A program made the position numbers and the translations under genes. Below the pieces are notes generated by a model. The model saw only the letters and a program-made list of their open reading frames with translations, did not search any database and was not told where the DNA came from. A stretch of 64,000 nucleotides of DNA from Mytilus trossulus (Eukaryota): the NCBI RefSeq assembly GCF_036588685.1, contig NC_086379.1, forward strand, positions 31,124,001-31,188,000. The letters run 5' to 3'. Below are positions 36,101 to 51,100 of the stretch, piece by piece (position 1 is the stretch's first letter; each line of letters opens with the position of its first letter).

Positions 36101-39100
36101 ATATAAGTGGGTTCAATTTTCTTTCCTTATAAACTTTTATTTCAAATGCAGCAATTGGTAGCTGACAATTTTAACCACATGTTGGTTGAATTATCTCCCC
36201 TTATAAACTTCTTATTTCAAATGGTACAAATGACGATAACAATTAAGAAATTGGCTATTACCAACAACTGGTGCTCTTACTGCTTACAAATAATAATTAC
36301 AGTCTCCTCTTATTTGTTAAATTTGAGATTTTAAAAATAAAATTAAAATTTAACATAAAGTATAAACTATGTCAATCAATCTATTCAAACTTGACATGAA
36401 AACTGATTATGCATGTTTGCTTTATGCCATTTATTAGTATTTATTTTCATATGTCAGTTTTAGTGATTAGAAAACAGAGTAGCTAAAATTATCCATCAAT
36501 GTTTGGCAAAAAAGTGTCAATATTTCCATAAGTTCAAATCTATACATGTGTACAGATCCTTTAGATATAATAATGAAATATCTTGTTACCTACACTTATT
36601 TGTTTATTTAAAGTATATATTAATATAGAATCTACTATTATAATTCCCTTAATAAAACTAGTACAAATTGTTAAACTTATGATCATGTTTGGACAAATGC
36701 CCAATATAAAACTGATACAGAAATGTGTCCAAACACGTGATGAACCATGTACGATAATCATGAATATAAAACTTCCGTCATATTTTCACAGGAAATCTCT
36801 ACTTAGTGCAAACCAAAATACACTAACTAAATATGTTTAACTTTGTTAAATATTAGTAACTCACTCATAAAAGCAGATTAATATATATTTTTGTTATATG
36901 CAGGAAGTTTATGCACATGCATCAAAGATATTAATAAACAAAATAGTTAGTAACAAGAATATATCATTCATTAATATAATATGCAGATATATAAAAGCTA
37001 TGCATTGTATGCAGCCCTTAAAACAAAGAACAGAATGTCTAAAGATCTAAAATTATCCAAAAAAAACAAAACTTAAAACTTTTAAAGCTTTCTAAACTAG
37101 AGCTCACAGAGACCTGCAACTTCATTCCTAAATACACTTATCTAATTAAACAAACATGACTACATCTTATGATTAACTGGTTTAAAGTGTTTTTCAGTTT
37201 GACAGCGATTCTTATTGGTCAATACTGACCTAAGTCTGCTATGGATTTTATTATATTTGCCTGTTGAAATTAAGTGGCAGTGGACAAATTCAAATCTGAT
37301 AATAATGTAGAGCATCCATCTGAATAAAAAGTTTTCTTTACAAAAAAATCAAAAAAATTGCATTGCTTAACCAACGCCAAAATGTGCAACAATAAATTTC
37401 CAAAAACATTCAGTTTTCAAGAAAAAAAAATCAAAACTAGTAATGTAGAGATGTCTGAATAATGATCAATGAAAAAATGTGCATGCTGTGAAACCTTTCA
37501 ACCCAAATAAGCACAAACTCAGGCCGAGTTCCAGGAGTATACCTTAATTTTACAGCACCTGCTTGTAACTCAATATATATACGTTAATAACATGGGAGAA
37601 TCGAGTTCAATGTTTCAACTGGAAAAGTCGTTACACTCTATCAAGACTACATTTCCCAGAGAATAGCTGTTGACTTACTAATAAAACTTTGGAACCTAAT
37701 TTTAGTTTCTGAAATTATTTTTCTCTTCATTTTGGAATGACATTGAATGTCCATAACTCTGTGATTCACAGTTCAATGTGAACTAGGGAAGAGGTTTAAT
37801 ATATGTCATTGAGACAGCAACCCAATAACATCAACCATAAAGAAATGTTCACATTAACTCAGTTTTAAAGTTAACAATTATAACTTTATTCTCATTTTTG
37901 TGTTACTATGTTCAACGAATTAAAGAACTTAAAGCAAGTCATAATAACTGGGAAATACATTGTAATCTCTTATTCAATATGTGTAACAGACTTTTCCGAA
38001 ACTAACTCTCAACCCCCATATCAGTATTGAATTGAAAAAGTGCATAATTTATCTTAAAGGTGCTGTATCCATTTATATATAAACTGTGGCATGCAATTAA
38101 TTCAAATATTTGAAAATTTAAAAATATTTAAAACATTCAAACAAACTTAACTGTTCACCAATATAAAAAAAATTATTATAATTAATTATTGTGGTGTCTA
38201 AACTATGTGTAATGTGTGTAAAGTTTTGTGGACTGATGTTTGTCAGTTTGTCTTTTTTGTATTCTAACCATGGTGTTGTTTATCCTGTTTAGTGGTTTAG
38301 GATTGCCCTCTTTATTTACATGGACATTAATCAGTGACATTCTATCTCCAGTCTTACATTTTGCGGTAAAGGAAAATTTGTGAATGACTTATGTAAAGAA
38401 ATGTGATACTATAGAAGCTAAATATATAGTTGCTATCTAACTGCACATGGCTTTGAAGAAATATTGACTCATTTCTGAGGAAGAAATAGACAGGTATATT
38501 TGATGAGAAAATATATTTTTTTGGCTGAAGATATATTCTGCAAAAAGAAAAGCAAGGATGTTCTCCACTATAGACAACAAATACAATGCCAATATTCTGG
38601 AAACTTCATATTAAATTATTTTTTTTACGTGTAAAATTAAGTGGCTTTTTTTCTAATTCGCATATAGCTCATCTATCATATACTAGAGAACATCCCTGTT
38701 AAATGTCTACATAGAGAATTATATATAAAACGGAGAGAAAGGGAATCCCTTCTACCAAGACTTTCAGCTGAGAGGATAAGCTACATATTACATCATGTCT
38801 ATTTTTGGACTTACCTGCCATTGAGATTCTGACGATCAGGTAAATTACACATTGTCTCTGGTAAACGCTTCTGTTTAATCAGACTCTCGTTTTCTACAGT
38901 CACTTCACATAGAGAAAAGTTACTGAAATTAAAAATCATTAACAATTTTAATAAAATTGAGAATGGAAATGGGGGTTGTGTCAAAGAGACATCCTTTTAT
39001 TTTTATTTTTATATTTATAATAAAATAAGATCAAATTGCTGAGAGATTCCCTCATTAAATTTGAAATCTATCCTTTTGCATTAAGCACGATATCTTGGAG

Positions 39101-42100
39101 TAATAAATAGATACATATAATTTTGCTAACACCCTCATGGGTGCATATAAAACAAAAACTCTATAATAAAAATAATTTTGCTTATAAACTGTAGGAATCG
39201 AGAAGCTAAATATGAATCATATTAAAAATTTTAGTAAACATTGACAAAGTTTAAATAATCTTCATTTAGTTAAATAATTACAATTAATGAAAATAAAAAG
39301 TCCTGTTAATCTCCACATAATCAGTTTTGGAACATATTTTCTACACAAGGAAGACTTTCTAGCTGGAAATGTGATTAAAATGATTAAATTTGAATGTATG
39401 CCTTGATATTAAACATGATTACTGAGTTGGTTATATAATACTACCTGCTAGGATCTGTAACACCAAATTCTTGTAAAGCTAACATCACCACTTCTTTTGA
39501 TGTAACATCCTATAAATATATAGTATAATCTAAGTACAGTATTCAACTGTGTATAGTATGCATTTGTGTATAATAGGTACAGTATTGGACTATGTATAGT
39601 ATGCATTTGTGTATAATATGTACAGTATTCGACTGTGTATAGTATGCATTTGTGTATAATATGTACAGTATTCGACTGTGTATAGTATGCATTTGTGTAT
39701 AATATGTACAGTATTCGACTGTGTATAGTATGCATTTGTGTATAATATGTACAGTATTCGTCTGTGTATAGTATGCATTTGTGTATAATATGTACAGTAT
39801 TCGACTGTGTATAGTATGCATTTGTGTATAATATGTACAGTATTCGACTGTGTATAGTATGCATTTGTGTATAATATATACTCCATGTTCATCCCTTAAA
39901 ATTGTGAATATTTATAATTTCAATTTGAAACTTACTGGACACTGAACAAAAATGAGGATTAATTCACTGTTCAGTTCTATCTGATATTGAGAATTTTAAA
40001 TCTCACTATTTGTTTGCCTTTAATATAACCATCCAACACCTGATCTCTTTTCCACCCATATAAACATCTTAATATATAAGATGAGCACCTATCAGACATC
40101 AAACCTACCCTGGGCATACTTTCTGATAAAAAAAACTTATTTCGATTTTGTCTAATAGATATTTGAAAAGTATATCTCTATGGTCATGACATTAATATTA
40201 ACCTAGCACTCAACATAATATACATATATTTTTTTTTATTTCCTACCTTATGTATAGGTAAATATTTGAAAGACTGATCGGCCCTAAAGACTTTGACCAC
40301 ATGGTCAGGATAGTCTGGTTTTGGATCCTCTACACTAAGTAATGACAAATCAGGATTACTGGCACTTAGATGATTAGGCATCTGTACGGTCAATGATGAC
40401 GATGAGCTTTTGGATGTATTATGAATTGATGCGGAGTATAAACTCTCATCAGATTTGTTCATGTTTTCACTGTGAATAAAATAAGAACAAATTAGAATAT
40501 ATAACACAACTAAAGCAGATTTTAACAGTATATAAATTCTGACATTGTATAATTTGCATTAGTAAAATCATTTTCTGTTAAAGTTTTTTTTGCTCTAGTT
40601 TCTATACTAGTCACTTCCTTCTCAGCTTTTTTCTTGTATCTTTTAAAAGTTACTTTCTCAGAAGCAAATTTTTCTCATACATCTTTAATTGTTCACAAGT
40701 TTATTCAACCTTTCTTGTTTTATATTAGGCATTAAAATATTTTACACCCAACATGAAATAGTACCATCTTTAAAAAAATAATTTCCTTGCTTGCACCATT
40801 TAGCTGAAACTTCAGTAAATCTGTTTTCTCATACTTAAAATGACTCTTTTGTTGTTTCATTGATATTTAAGATGAATTTGTATTAATCTATTATAATGTC
40901 TTCCCTATACATTTAACTTCCATACTTTTTTTTAATATTAAGATAATAGTCATACTTACAATTCCATATTTGAGGTACTGGCATTCCTTGGAAAGAAACC
41001 TCCAATTTTCTTAATAAACGCTTTCTTTCCAACTGTTTTAAACCAAGATTTATCCTTTTTGTCAAAACTTTTATCTTTTATAGATGATTTAATGAATGGA
41101 GACATATTATCTAAATCAGGGGCAGATAATCGTTTTGTGAATGATGAAGTACTCTGAGTAGATTGTCTATTTTGTTTATTTTGTTCTGTCACTTCTATCA
41201 TTTCCTTAAAATCTGAAGAAAAATAATGAAGAATAATCATGTATGCGATATGTAAATATAAAGGAAGAATGTATTCATATAGATACATAGTTACATGAGA
41301 TACAATAATCCTCATGATAATTTTTTTGAACATGAGGCATACAGAGCTCTTTGTATGTTTAAAAAAAAGTATCCCAAAAGAAATAGGGATCAAATTTGTT
41401 TTTCCTATGTAAAAAATCTGGAGACTGTCATTCATTGATTTTATTTGGTTGTTCTTCTTTATCTTAAAACATGAGTCTTTTGAAGTATTTAAAGTAACAC
41501 ATCAAGGAGTCCATATGACAATTGTATTCAAACTTTATAATATAAAAAATGCCTATTTAAATTGAAAATACTGTAGCACTCTCCATTATTTAAGGTCTTA
41601 GGTGACAGAATAAGAATCACTAAAACATAAAAGTATACCATAATGCAACGATTGATTAAATATACAACACCATTAGGTATACATACCTGGTAAATTAGAT
41701 TTGATAGCCATTGACAAATGTGTGGTCCCTCGTAATAATTCTAAGGCTCGATTGTGCGTAATATGCTGAAAGTTCTGACCATTCACTTCCATTATCTACA
41801 AATAAGATAACATGTATTTAAAAGATGTTGCTACAGAAAAGCATTTAATTTGATGTTTTTTTAGTAATGATTACAATTCATATTTGCAAAATTATCCTAA
41901 CCATGTCCCCTTTTCCTGAATGTAACCCAACCAATTCAACTTTGTACATAACAGGTTCCACATGTGGAGTAGAAGCATGTGAGATCACCCGAAGTTTACC
42001 ATGGGGTTCGTGTTGCTCACTTTTTAGTTTTCCATGTTGTATTGTGTGTATTATTGTTAATCTGTTAGTCTTTTTTCTTTTTAGCCATGGTGTTTTCAGT

Positions 42101-45100
42101 TAATTTGCTATTTACTGATTTGTTTGAATGTTACTGGTTTTTTTTTTGTCCTCTCATTTAGAAGTTATTAAAAATACTACACCATTGAAGACTATAAACT
42201 AACCTGGTCACCCCTTTTGAGGCCTGCCTCATAAGCTTTAGATGCCTTTTCTACTTTAGAAATGAATATACCACATCCTCGTTCTAAACCTCCCAGGACA
42301 GAAAAATGCAGCACCTCTTCTCGTGTAGCACGAGTTAATGTGACACTTCTCGTCCTAGCTTTAGCACCACAGGCAATATTCAGTAACCTGAGTTGACCTG
42401 TCATTCCCTGTAAATAAAACATCAACACTTATTAGTCAATATCTTTAGCTAAAATTTCTAAATAAGGCAAGCATGACAATAAATATTTTCTTATAACATC
42501 TACTTTTCCTTTCCTTAATGAAGGTTGAATATATTCTTCTTTGTATTGTGTTTTTTGTTTATGTATGGTTTACTATAAAGAACTGATAGTATAATGTGTG
42601 TTCATTTTCTATTCTTCATTTCTATAACAATATTTGTCTTAAACTTTTGAAATGTGTCCACCTAATCAATTATTTATCCTCGTCAGATCAAATAAAATGT
42701 GGGAATTCATGATTATGAACATGGTGTCATTTCAAAGTCGATTAAATTAATTTCCAATGCAAGCTATAACTGACAAGTTTTGAGGTTTTGAATTCCAACA
42801 CTCATGATTGATTAATTAATTGTTGTTTGCATAATGTCTATTTGCAAATTAGTTATGAATATTTGGAATCAGCAACAACTTGCCAGAAGTTATCACATAC
42901 AAAGATGATGGATGCAAGTCAAGTACTTTTAGCTCATACTTAATTTTACTAAAACTATGTGAAAAGTTGCCATCTTTGGCCAAACATGTCAATCATGACT
43001 AACCTGAGTTTCAAGCATAGCTTCAAAGCTTTCCAGAAATTCACTCAAAATAGAATCTGTTTCAAAATCAATAAAATGATTGTTGACCCACAGTAACACA
43101 ACCCTAGTGACCTGAAATACAAACGTATAAAAGTTAATATTAGAAAGGTAGCAAACTAAGATGATAAAATGTGATACAAATAATGTAAGAGAATACAAAG
43201 AAAATATAATTTTTATCACAATATTGCTATCGTGAACATTTTTTTTTTATCGTCTTTGTGTTAATCTTATATCATTTGCTGAAAACTGAGGTTGCACGTT
43301 GTTGTCAAAGTCAACGACCTCATAGGCAAAGATTTTCAACGTATAATCAATTCTCATTAAACTCAGTGTTTCTGTGCCACATCTCATCTCTGGGAGTTTA
43401 GAAGTGAAATTCATTATTTAAATTATGTTTATATGGCAAAATTCAGCCTTCATAATCATAGCTGATGGCAAAATTAGTGCATTAAAAACCTGTTTGAACA
43501 TCTGAAAATTATGTTGCAGACAAGAAGAATGAATTTGTATCTAAAAATAAGAAATTTCTAAAATTTTCAACACTGACTTCAGTCCAAAAACTAGTTTTAC
43601 CTTATTTCGTAATGTTGTTTGGTTGAACCATGTTTGAAGTCTATAAGCTAATTCCATGGGACTTTTGAGAAATATTCTGTAACAAAGTAGAAAGTCTTCT
43701 ACAAACGTAGGATCAACAGCTGAGTGTTCCTGTACAAGATGGTTCATCAAGTGATCCGGTGACGCCTGAAATCATATCATTAATACATTTATTCTTGTTT
43801 TCCAAATGTTCAGAAATAAATATTTCAAGTATAATGAAGACATAAACATGATAACAATACATAAAATTTGTAAGTTTTAAAACTTGGAACAACCAGGTTG
43901 AATTGGCTGAGATTTGGACAGCCTCTTTAAAAATAAAGAAGGTTTTTTTTGGACAGTAGCAGCAATTTTCCCCAGCAAAAGCACTGCTTAAAAGTGCTAA
44001 ATTGAAATCAAACTGTTGTTGTAATAATGTGTAGTATAAAATTAATTATCAGACATATCTATTGAAGTCACAAATTTATGTTTTTGACAATTGTCCAAGT
44101 TTAAAGAAGGCCTTCACTTCATAATTAGCTTCCAACATCTTAGACTATTAATTGATTATCATCTACATGTTCCCTATCTAATGTGGACATTTTCTGTTAA
44201 TTCTATGAACAAAATTTTCAGTCCAATAAATCAATTTAATGTACATTACTTAAATGTTTTGTACAATAACCATATTTTATAACTTACCCTAATTATAATC
44301 TGTCCTCGTCGGTTACCTCCGTCAAACACTCTGTGTTCTGTAACCATGACAACCTCCCCGTCTTCCACATGTCGTTTTGTGTTTTCTTTGCCCTGGTTCA
44401 TGATTTCATAGTAATCTTGTTGAGCAATGCTAAGAAATTGGCAATCATCAATAATGGTCCTCATGACCCCTTCATGGAATATTTTATCTAAGGTTGGTTC
44501 TGTAATACCAAAGCTGCAATAGCAACACATACTTTCGTTTACATTTATATGATGAAACCTTCAACTTATTACTTTCCCTCAAAATTATAAACTACAACAT
44601 TAAGAACATAGTCTCAAACTTCAAAATTCTCATGTCATGGATCTTTCACATAAATTTTCAAGGACAAAATATACTTATGAATCTTGATCTTTTACACTTC
44701 ATAGTTTATAAGTTTTAAATTTCAACTCCAATTCAGTTCTAAAAGTTTTAATAAAAGTATGGAGTAAGTCCAATATGATTTTTAAGAACACATACATACT
44801 GATACAATTTTGTTCTGGTTCAATGACCTTTTCATATAATTTTTAACCACAATCAACTATAAAAAATAACAGAAAAAATTATCAAATAAGGAAATCCGAA
44901 AAAGTTTAACAATTAATCCTCTAACTAGGAAAACATCCTATATTATTAACCTTGCAAATTAATATAATTGACATAAATCCTTATTTTGTTCAAAACAAAA
45001 ATATTCAATTTGATGGGTAGTTTGCTATATTAAATGATTAAATATGAATAATTTAGAAGTTTAAAATACAATTTGTAATTTTTGACACACTTACTTTCTT

Positions 45101-48100
45101 ATATTCTCATCTCCCTAGTTAACTATTATTTCATTAAGATGTAAGTTAAAGTAAAACACAGAAATAAACAGACATATTTCGGTGGCCTATAATTGCTTAA
45201 ATACCACTTCATTTTACTTTGGTGGATAGATGTTTCATTGGCAATCTTACCACATCTCCATCATTTTGATATTGTCATAGCCATAAATAAAATTTCATCT
45301 GAACTTACCTGTCCCCCATGTACAAAAATTCAGCAGACCCATCTTCTTTAAGGATTTCTACTTGACCATTAAGTATAACTGACCAGGAGTCCAGCTCCTC
45401 TTTGTCCTTCATTACTATGGTACCTTTATGTTCAATGACGGCTAGCATCATTACAGCACACAGTGCTCGTCTAGTTGGTAAGGTCATGTTGGCAAAAGCC
45501 TGCAACAGATAAGTGTAAATTCATTTTTTTTTAAAATGTTTTCTCCACATCTTCCTTAAATGCATGAAATACTTTTGATATTCTAAATAATAATCATCTT
45601 ATCAAATGAACAACACTATAACTGCCTTTTTAACACAGAGATATTGCTTTCATGTATATAAAATAAGTTTCATGAGTTATTAAATAACATACACCAATAA
45701 AAAGATCCTTTATTAAACTTCTACATAAAAAGCTTTATCATTTATCAAATAAACTTTCACACATGCATGGGGTATAGTAGTAATACTTATAAGTCTGGTA
45801 TTTTTGATCATTTGCATCTCAACCTATCACATGTTATGTTCTTGTCCAAAGAAAAGACTAAAGAATTAATATTTCTCTATACTCAAATCAATATAGAGCT
45901 TGACGTATGGTTTAGAGACACTTTTTTAACACTGCTATGTTGCCCTGTACATGTTTATTTACCATAAATGTGCTTGGATAGACAAATATAGACAGAAAAC
46001 CGTCAACCTTAAAGTGTCGGTCAGTGGAGGGCATATATAAATACAAAATTTTCAATGGACCCTTCATATTCTTGAATAATCCCTCTACATGATATCAGAT
46101 CTTCACTAATATCAGTCTTAGACTCAATAACTGCAATTTTCCGCATGGACTATCTAAACTGATGTAAAAAAACAAAACAATAGACAATGTTAAGATTTCT
46201 GTGACTTTTCTCTGCTGTACTTCTCTGTTTGTTTGTTTGTTTTCGTAATTGTTAATTTTTTTCCTCATTATATCTATATATACATCCCTTTGTCTATTTT
46301 AGCATTCTTCCACTGGACTAAAGCCAAACCTACTTCATAAGCTTACTTATAACTACTTATCAATTTGTGAAGCAAATCACTTTTCTTAGATGTAATTTTC
46401 TTATCAATATTGTTCTATTTATAATTTTGAACAGGTTGGGAAAAACAAATTTCTCTTGAAACTTCCGTATTTTTGTCTTACTCTAAAATGTTGTATAAAG
46501 TCTAGTAGTATTTCTATATCATCATCAGATCTGTCTTGTGGGTGCTTCTGTAAACATTCTTGTACTGTGTCTCTCTGTGACTGAAAAAAACCAGATAATA
46601 AAATAAAAATGTGAACACAGAAAAAACTAGATAATAACAATGGCACATATTTCAGCATTTATTAGGTAGAACACAAATCCAGGGTGCTCGCATAAGGCAG
46701 CTTAACTGCCTAAAAATATCCCAGTTTTGATAAACCAGAATATATCTGAAGTTTAGCAGAGTGATAAACCTTTCTCAAATATTGAAACTCAGAATAATTA
46801 CTTCCATGTATAAACCCATTCAACCTTGTAAACTTATCATTATGCAACCTCATCACTTTTAAATTTAGAAAAGCAAAATAAAAGACCTCAATTTTCTTTT
46901 GAGACATGATTAAGTGACAATACAATAGCAATCAAACTATTAATGGTCTGTCAATAAGTTCATACTTTACAAGTGCACCTAATCAAATAACATTGCACAG
47001 ATGTAATAATTCAATAAAACTTAAAGAGTGATTGAAAAGTTGCGTTGTGGGTAATAACATATATATTTTTTTGTATATTAAAAGTCTGTGAAGTCATATA
47101 CATTTGTACCCTAGCTATCCCTTGTGCACTGAAATATCAATATAACAAGTTACCCTAGACACCCCTGGGGTACAAAAATATCAATATAACAAGTAAAAAA
47201 TAATGCTGCTGTAACTGTTAAGCCCAAGGATAGATCAGAATTGTAGATAAAATTTTATCATGCCCCCTGGGACCTCTGCTTTCATGCAGAAAAACAGATC
47301 TAAGACAGACATTACTAAACAGTTAATTATAATACGAGTGCAATGTATGCATATTACATAATATATCATTTCATATACACATAGGTTCTCTTATCTCCTT
47401 AATGTTATCTGGGGAGAATTCTAAGTGCTGCCTCAACCACAATATTTGATGTCAGATGTTTTGGTACTTTTCACTTTTCAGTTATACATATATAAGACAA
47501 ACATGTTTTATGATAGATCATGAGAAAAATATGTGTTGAGTATTTTTTTGTTATTTGGAGAAACTGTTGTTAATCAGTGATCTATAATGTCTCTGTACAG
47601 GTTGATAATAATTTATCTAGACTTTGGACCATATTGAGCTTGACATATATATTGAAAAGACATCAGTCTACTGTTGAAGACCTTATGCTAAATGCAAATG
47701 TACTAGATGTCACATTTGATGTTGATGGCAGATGTTTTTATAATTCCTACATTAGTATTTTAGCACTTACCCAAATAACTAATAGAATATCATATGACTT
47801 TAAGGTAGCACAAATGAAGAACTTAGGCTGATTTCACTATGATTTAATTTATGATATTTGTAGTTTTTGTTTAGACTTCTACATGTCATGTACACATACA
47901 GACGGTTTAAAGACTGTGCCTTACATTATTTTTTATTTATTACCAGATTATTAAAGCCAAGTTTCTACAGAAGATATAACTCTGCTGTAATAAACTAGTA
48001 TTAAATTGATTTTCTGCATGTTTAATAACAGATTGCCACATGTAACATTCAATAAAACAGACACCATTAATAGTTTTCATCTGCCAATTTGCTTCATCAA

Positions 48101-51100
48101 CAATTTAGGAAGCAGCTTTCTACTGGCACAAATATTGGAATAAAAACATATTTTTTTACAGTCAACTTCAAACAGGTCATCTATAAGTAGGTCATTTGGC
48201 ATAATGAAAACAAACTGTAATGTTCTAATTCAAGTTCAAGTCAGATGTAAACTATTGTTATAATAGGGGAGACGCATTAAGTGCACAACTCTATCAAAAT
48301 TAATAAAACACTTAATTCACATATATAAAAAAGATGTGGTATGATTGCCAATGAGACAACTATCCACAAAAGACCAAAATGACACAAACATTAACAATTA
48401 TAGGTCAACTTACGGCCTTCAACAATGAGCAAAGCCCATACCGCATATAGTCAGCTATAAAAGGTCCCGATAAGACAATGTAAAACAATTCAAGCGAGAA
48501 AACTAACGGCCTTATTTATGTAAAAAAATGGAGGAAAAACAAACATGTAACACATAAACAAACAACCACTGAATTACAGGCTTCTGACTTGGATATAGAA
48601 CATTTTCAGCTTGAAATGACTAGAAATGGGGACATATTTAAGACTCTCTAAACCAATTAAAAGACAGAATGTTATTATGCAGAGTTACTAAATCCAGAAA
48701 CTTAACCTGACCATTGGAGGGAGAAAATTAGGTCAATGACATATAACATATATAAGACATATACTCATTGTTATTAATCAACACACCAAATCTTTAGATG
48801 TGTACATGATGATAAAAATCTATTTATATCCTATTCTTACTTTTAAACTGGAAATGAACTGGACCTAATAATTTCATAATTGAAACTTCTTATTTATGTT
48901 ATTTTTGATAGAACTTTTCATTGCCATTGTTATAAGGTTAATTCTAAGCAAACCACAATCAGACCAATAGATATAGGAAGATGTGGTGTGAGTGCCAATG
49001 AGACAACTCTCCATCCAAACAACAATTCAAAAATTAAACCATTATAGGTTAAAGTACGGCCTTCAACACGGAGCCTTGGCTCACACCGAACAACAAGCTA
49101 TAAAGGGCCCCAAAATAACTAGTGTAAAACCATTCAAACGGGAAAACATATTATCACTTCAACAGTACATGTACAACAATCCTCCAGAACACCTACCCCT
49201 GTGGATTCAGCATATCCTTCTTCATCATCCGAATCCACCATACTCTCAGGTAATCCACTAATATCCATATCCACATTCTCTTGGTCATCTATGGATGACT
49301 GCATCATATCAGAACCTGAATAAGCACTAGATGTGTCACTTGCTCGCGAACATCTTTTCATATATTGTTCATTTCGTAAATACTGGTCACGTAATCCATA
49401 ATCGGCAGATAACTGTAAACAAAAACAAAAATATGCCGTAGGGAGGAAAAACAATTGATTTGTATGTCAAACATGTAATATAACACAGAATTATGATTCT
49501 AGTTTATAACTGATTCATTTATACAAGCTAAGGATCAATTTTGATTTTGACTTCAAGTGTTCAATGACTGTTTAAAGCAAACATTGAATTAGGGGGTTCA
49601 AAGGTTAACTTAAGATTTACTGATTCATTCATAACAATTGTTGGAACACTGATGCATGTCCATTCTGTACTATATTATGGGATGGGAGACAAAAGCCATA
49701 TATGGAATATGTGTTATCAAGTAAAATTTATGTGATAAGTTGCAGAATTCTCTCCAAGGCCTTACATAAACATGATATAATGGTGCTATCTAAATAGATT
49801 TTATAACTGATTTTTTTTTATAAATGTAGTGGTATAGTAAGAACAACAGTGACAAACAGCATCTCCTTCCATATGTTGTTATTTGAAAATACAGGGAAAA
49901 ACAACGAGTCGCATTCAGTGACGTCTGTAAAATAATACCTCATTGAATACAATTTCATTATCAGTTTAAATTAAAAGTGCCATTGGGAACATTATGTTTT
50001 TCTGATCTGTGTGTTCCATATAAGTTTTTTTTTTTTTTATTTAAGGTAAGTTTACCATGGCAATGTAGTTGCACTAATTTGAAACTTAGTAAATATCTTC
50101 AATATGACGTGAATTATTAAAAATTTATGTTTTATGATGGTTTTGACCAATATTTTGCATTGAACATGAAAATGTGAAATTGAGAAAGGTGTGTGGTGTC
50201 AAATGAAAATATTTTTCTTGTTTTCTTTTTTGGTTAAATAAAACCAGAAGTCATTTTTAATGATGACCTTTAGATAAAACCAACCTGTTCAACAACACTA
50301 TCAGAGTTCATTCTACGTATAGGCCTGGTCCCTTCCTGATGGTCAAATTCTATAACACGATCATTACATGATTGCCGTGAATGGCCACTTTTCATAACCT
50401 GAACATCAGGATAGTCAATCTGAAGAAAAAAAACATATAAAAAATTATATAAATGAAAAGTACAAAATATACATTTTTGATATTGCTCTTTATCAATTAA
50501 TTATATCTAGAATCCATAAAAATATGTGTAAAAATATTCTATTGCTTAGGGCTGACTGTTTCCATACAAATCCTTGTAACAATCCATGAGTATACATTCA
50601 CTGGCAAAAGTTAATTGTTTGTTTAGCTATATATTAATACCATTTCCTATGGTCCTTATTATTCATGGTTTTAACAAGAGTGCTTTGAGTAATCATAAAC
50701 AATCCATCTTTGTGCCATGCGGTCACAATTTTTATCGTTTCATAATCCACAATAAACTGACCAAGATACATTTTGTAGATCAAATAGCTAGTTTTATTCT
50801 TTGACCTAAACAAAAATTGACCAGTTTTGTGGATTCAATTTTAGTTGATAGGATACACATTTTCATGGGTTTCATGAGTTGAGGCAAATAGCGAATTCAA
50901 ATATTCAAAGTAGTATATATTATCTTCTATAGGCTTGTAATTGCATGCTTTGGTGAAACCACAAAGTTTCAATGAAAGATTGATTGTTCCTGAATACAGG
51001 AATATTGGTACACATGAAAAATAAATGAATTCACATTTTATGATGAAATCACATGCAACAAAACAAAGCTCTTACATTCAAATGATCCATTACAGTACTC

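Noticed and set aside
39448-39892. Three overlapping repetitive ORFs
   Set aside because: Artefact of the stop-free strand of the 43-bp repeat; only 39509-39445 is a real exon.
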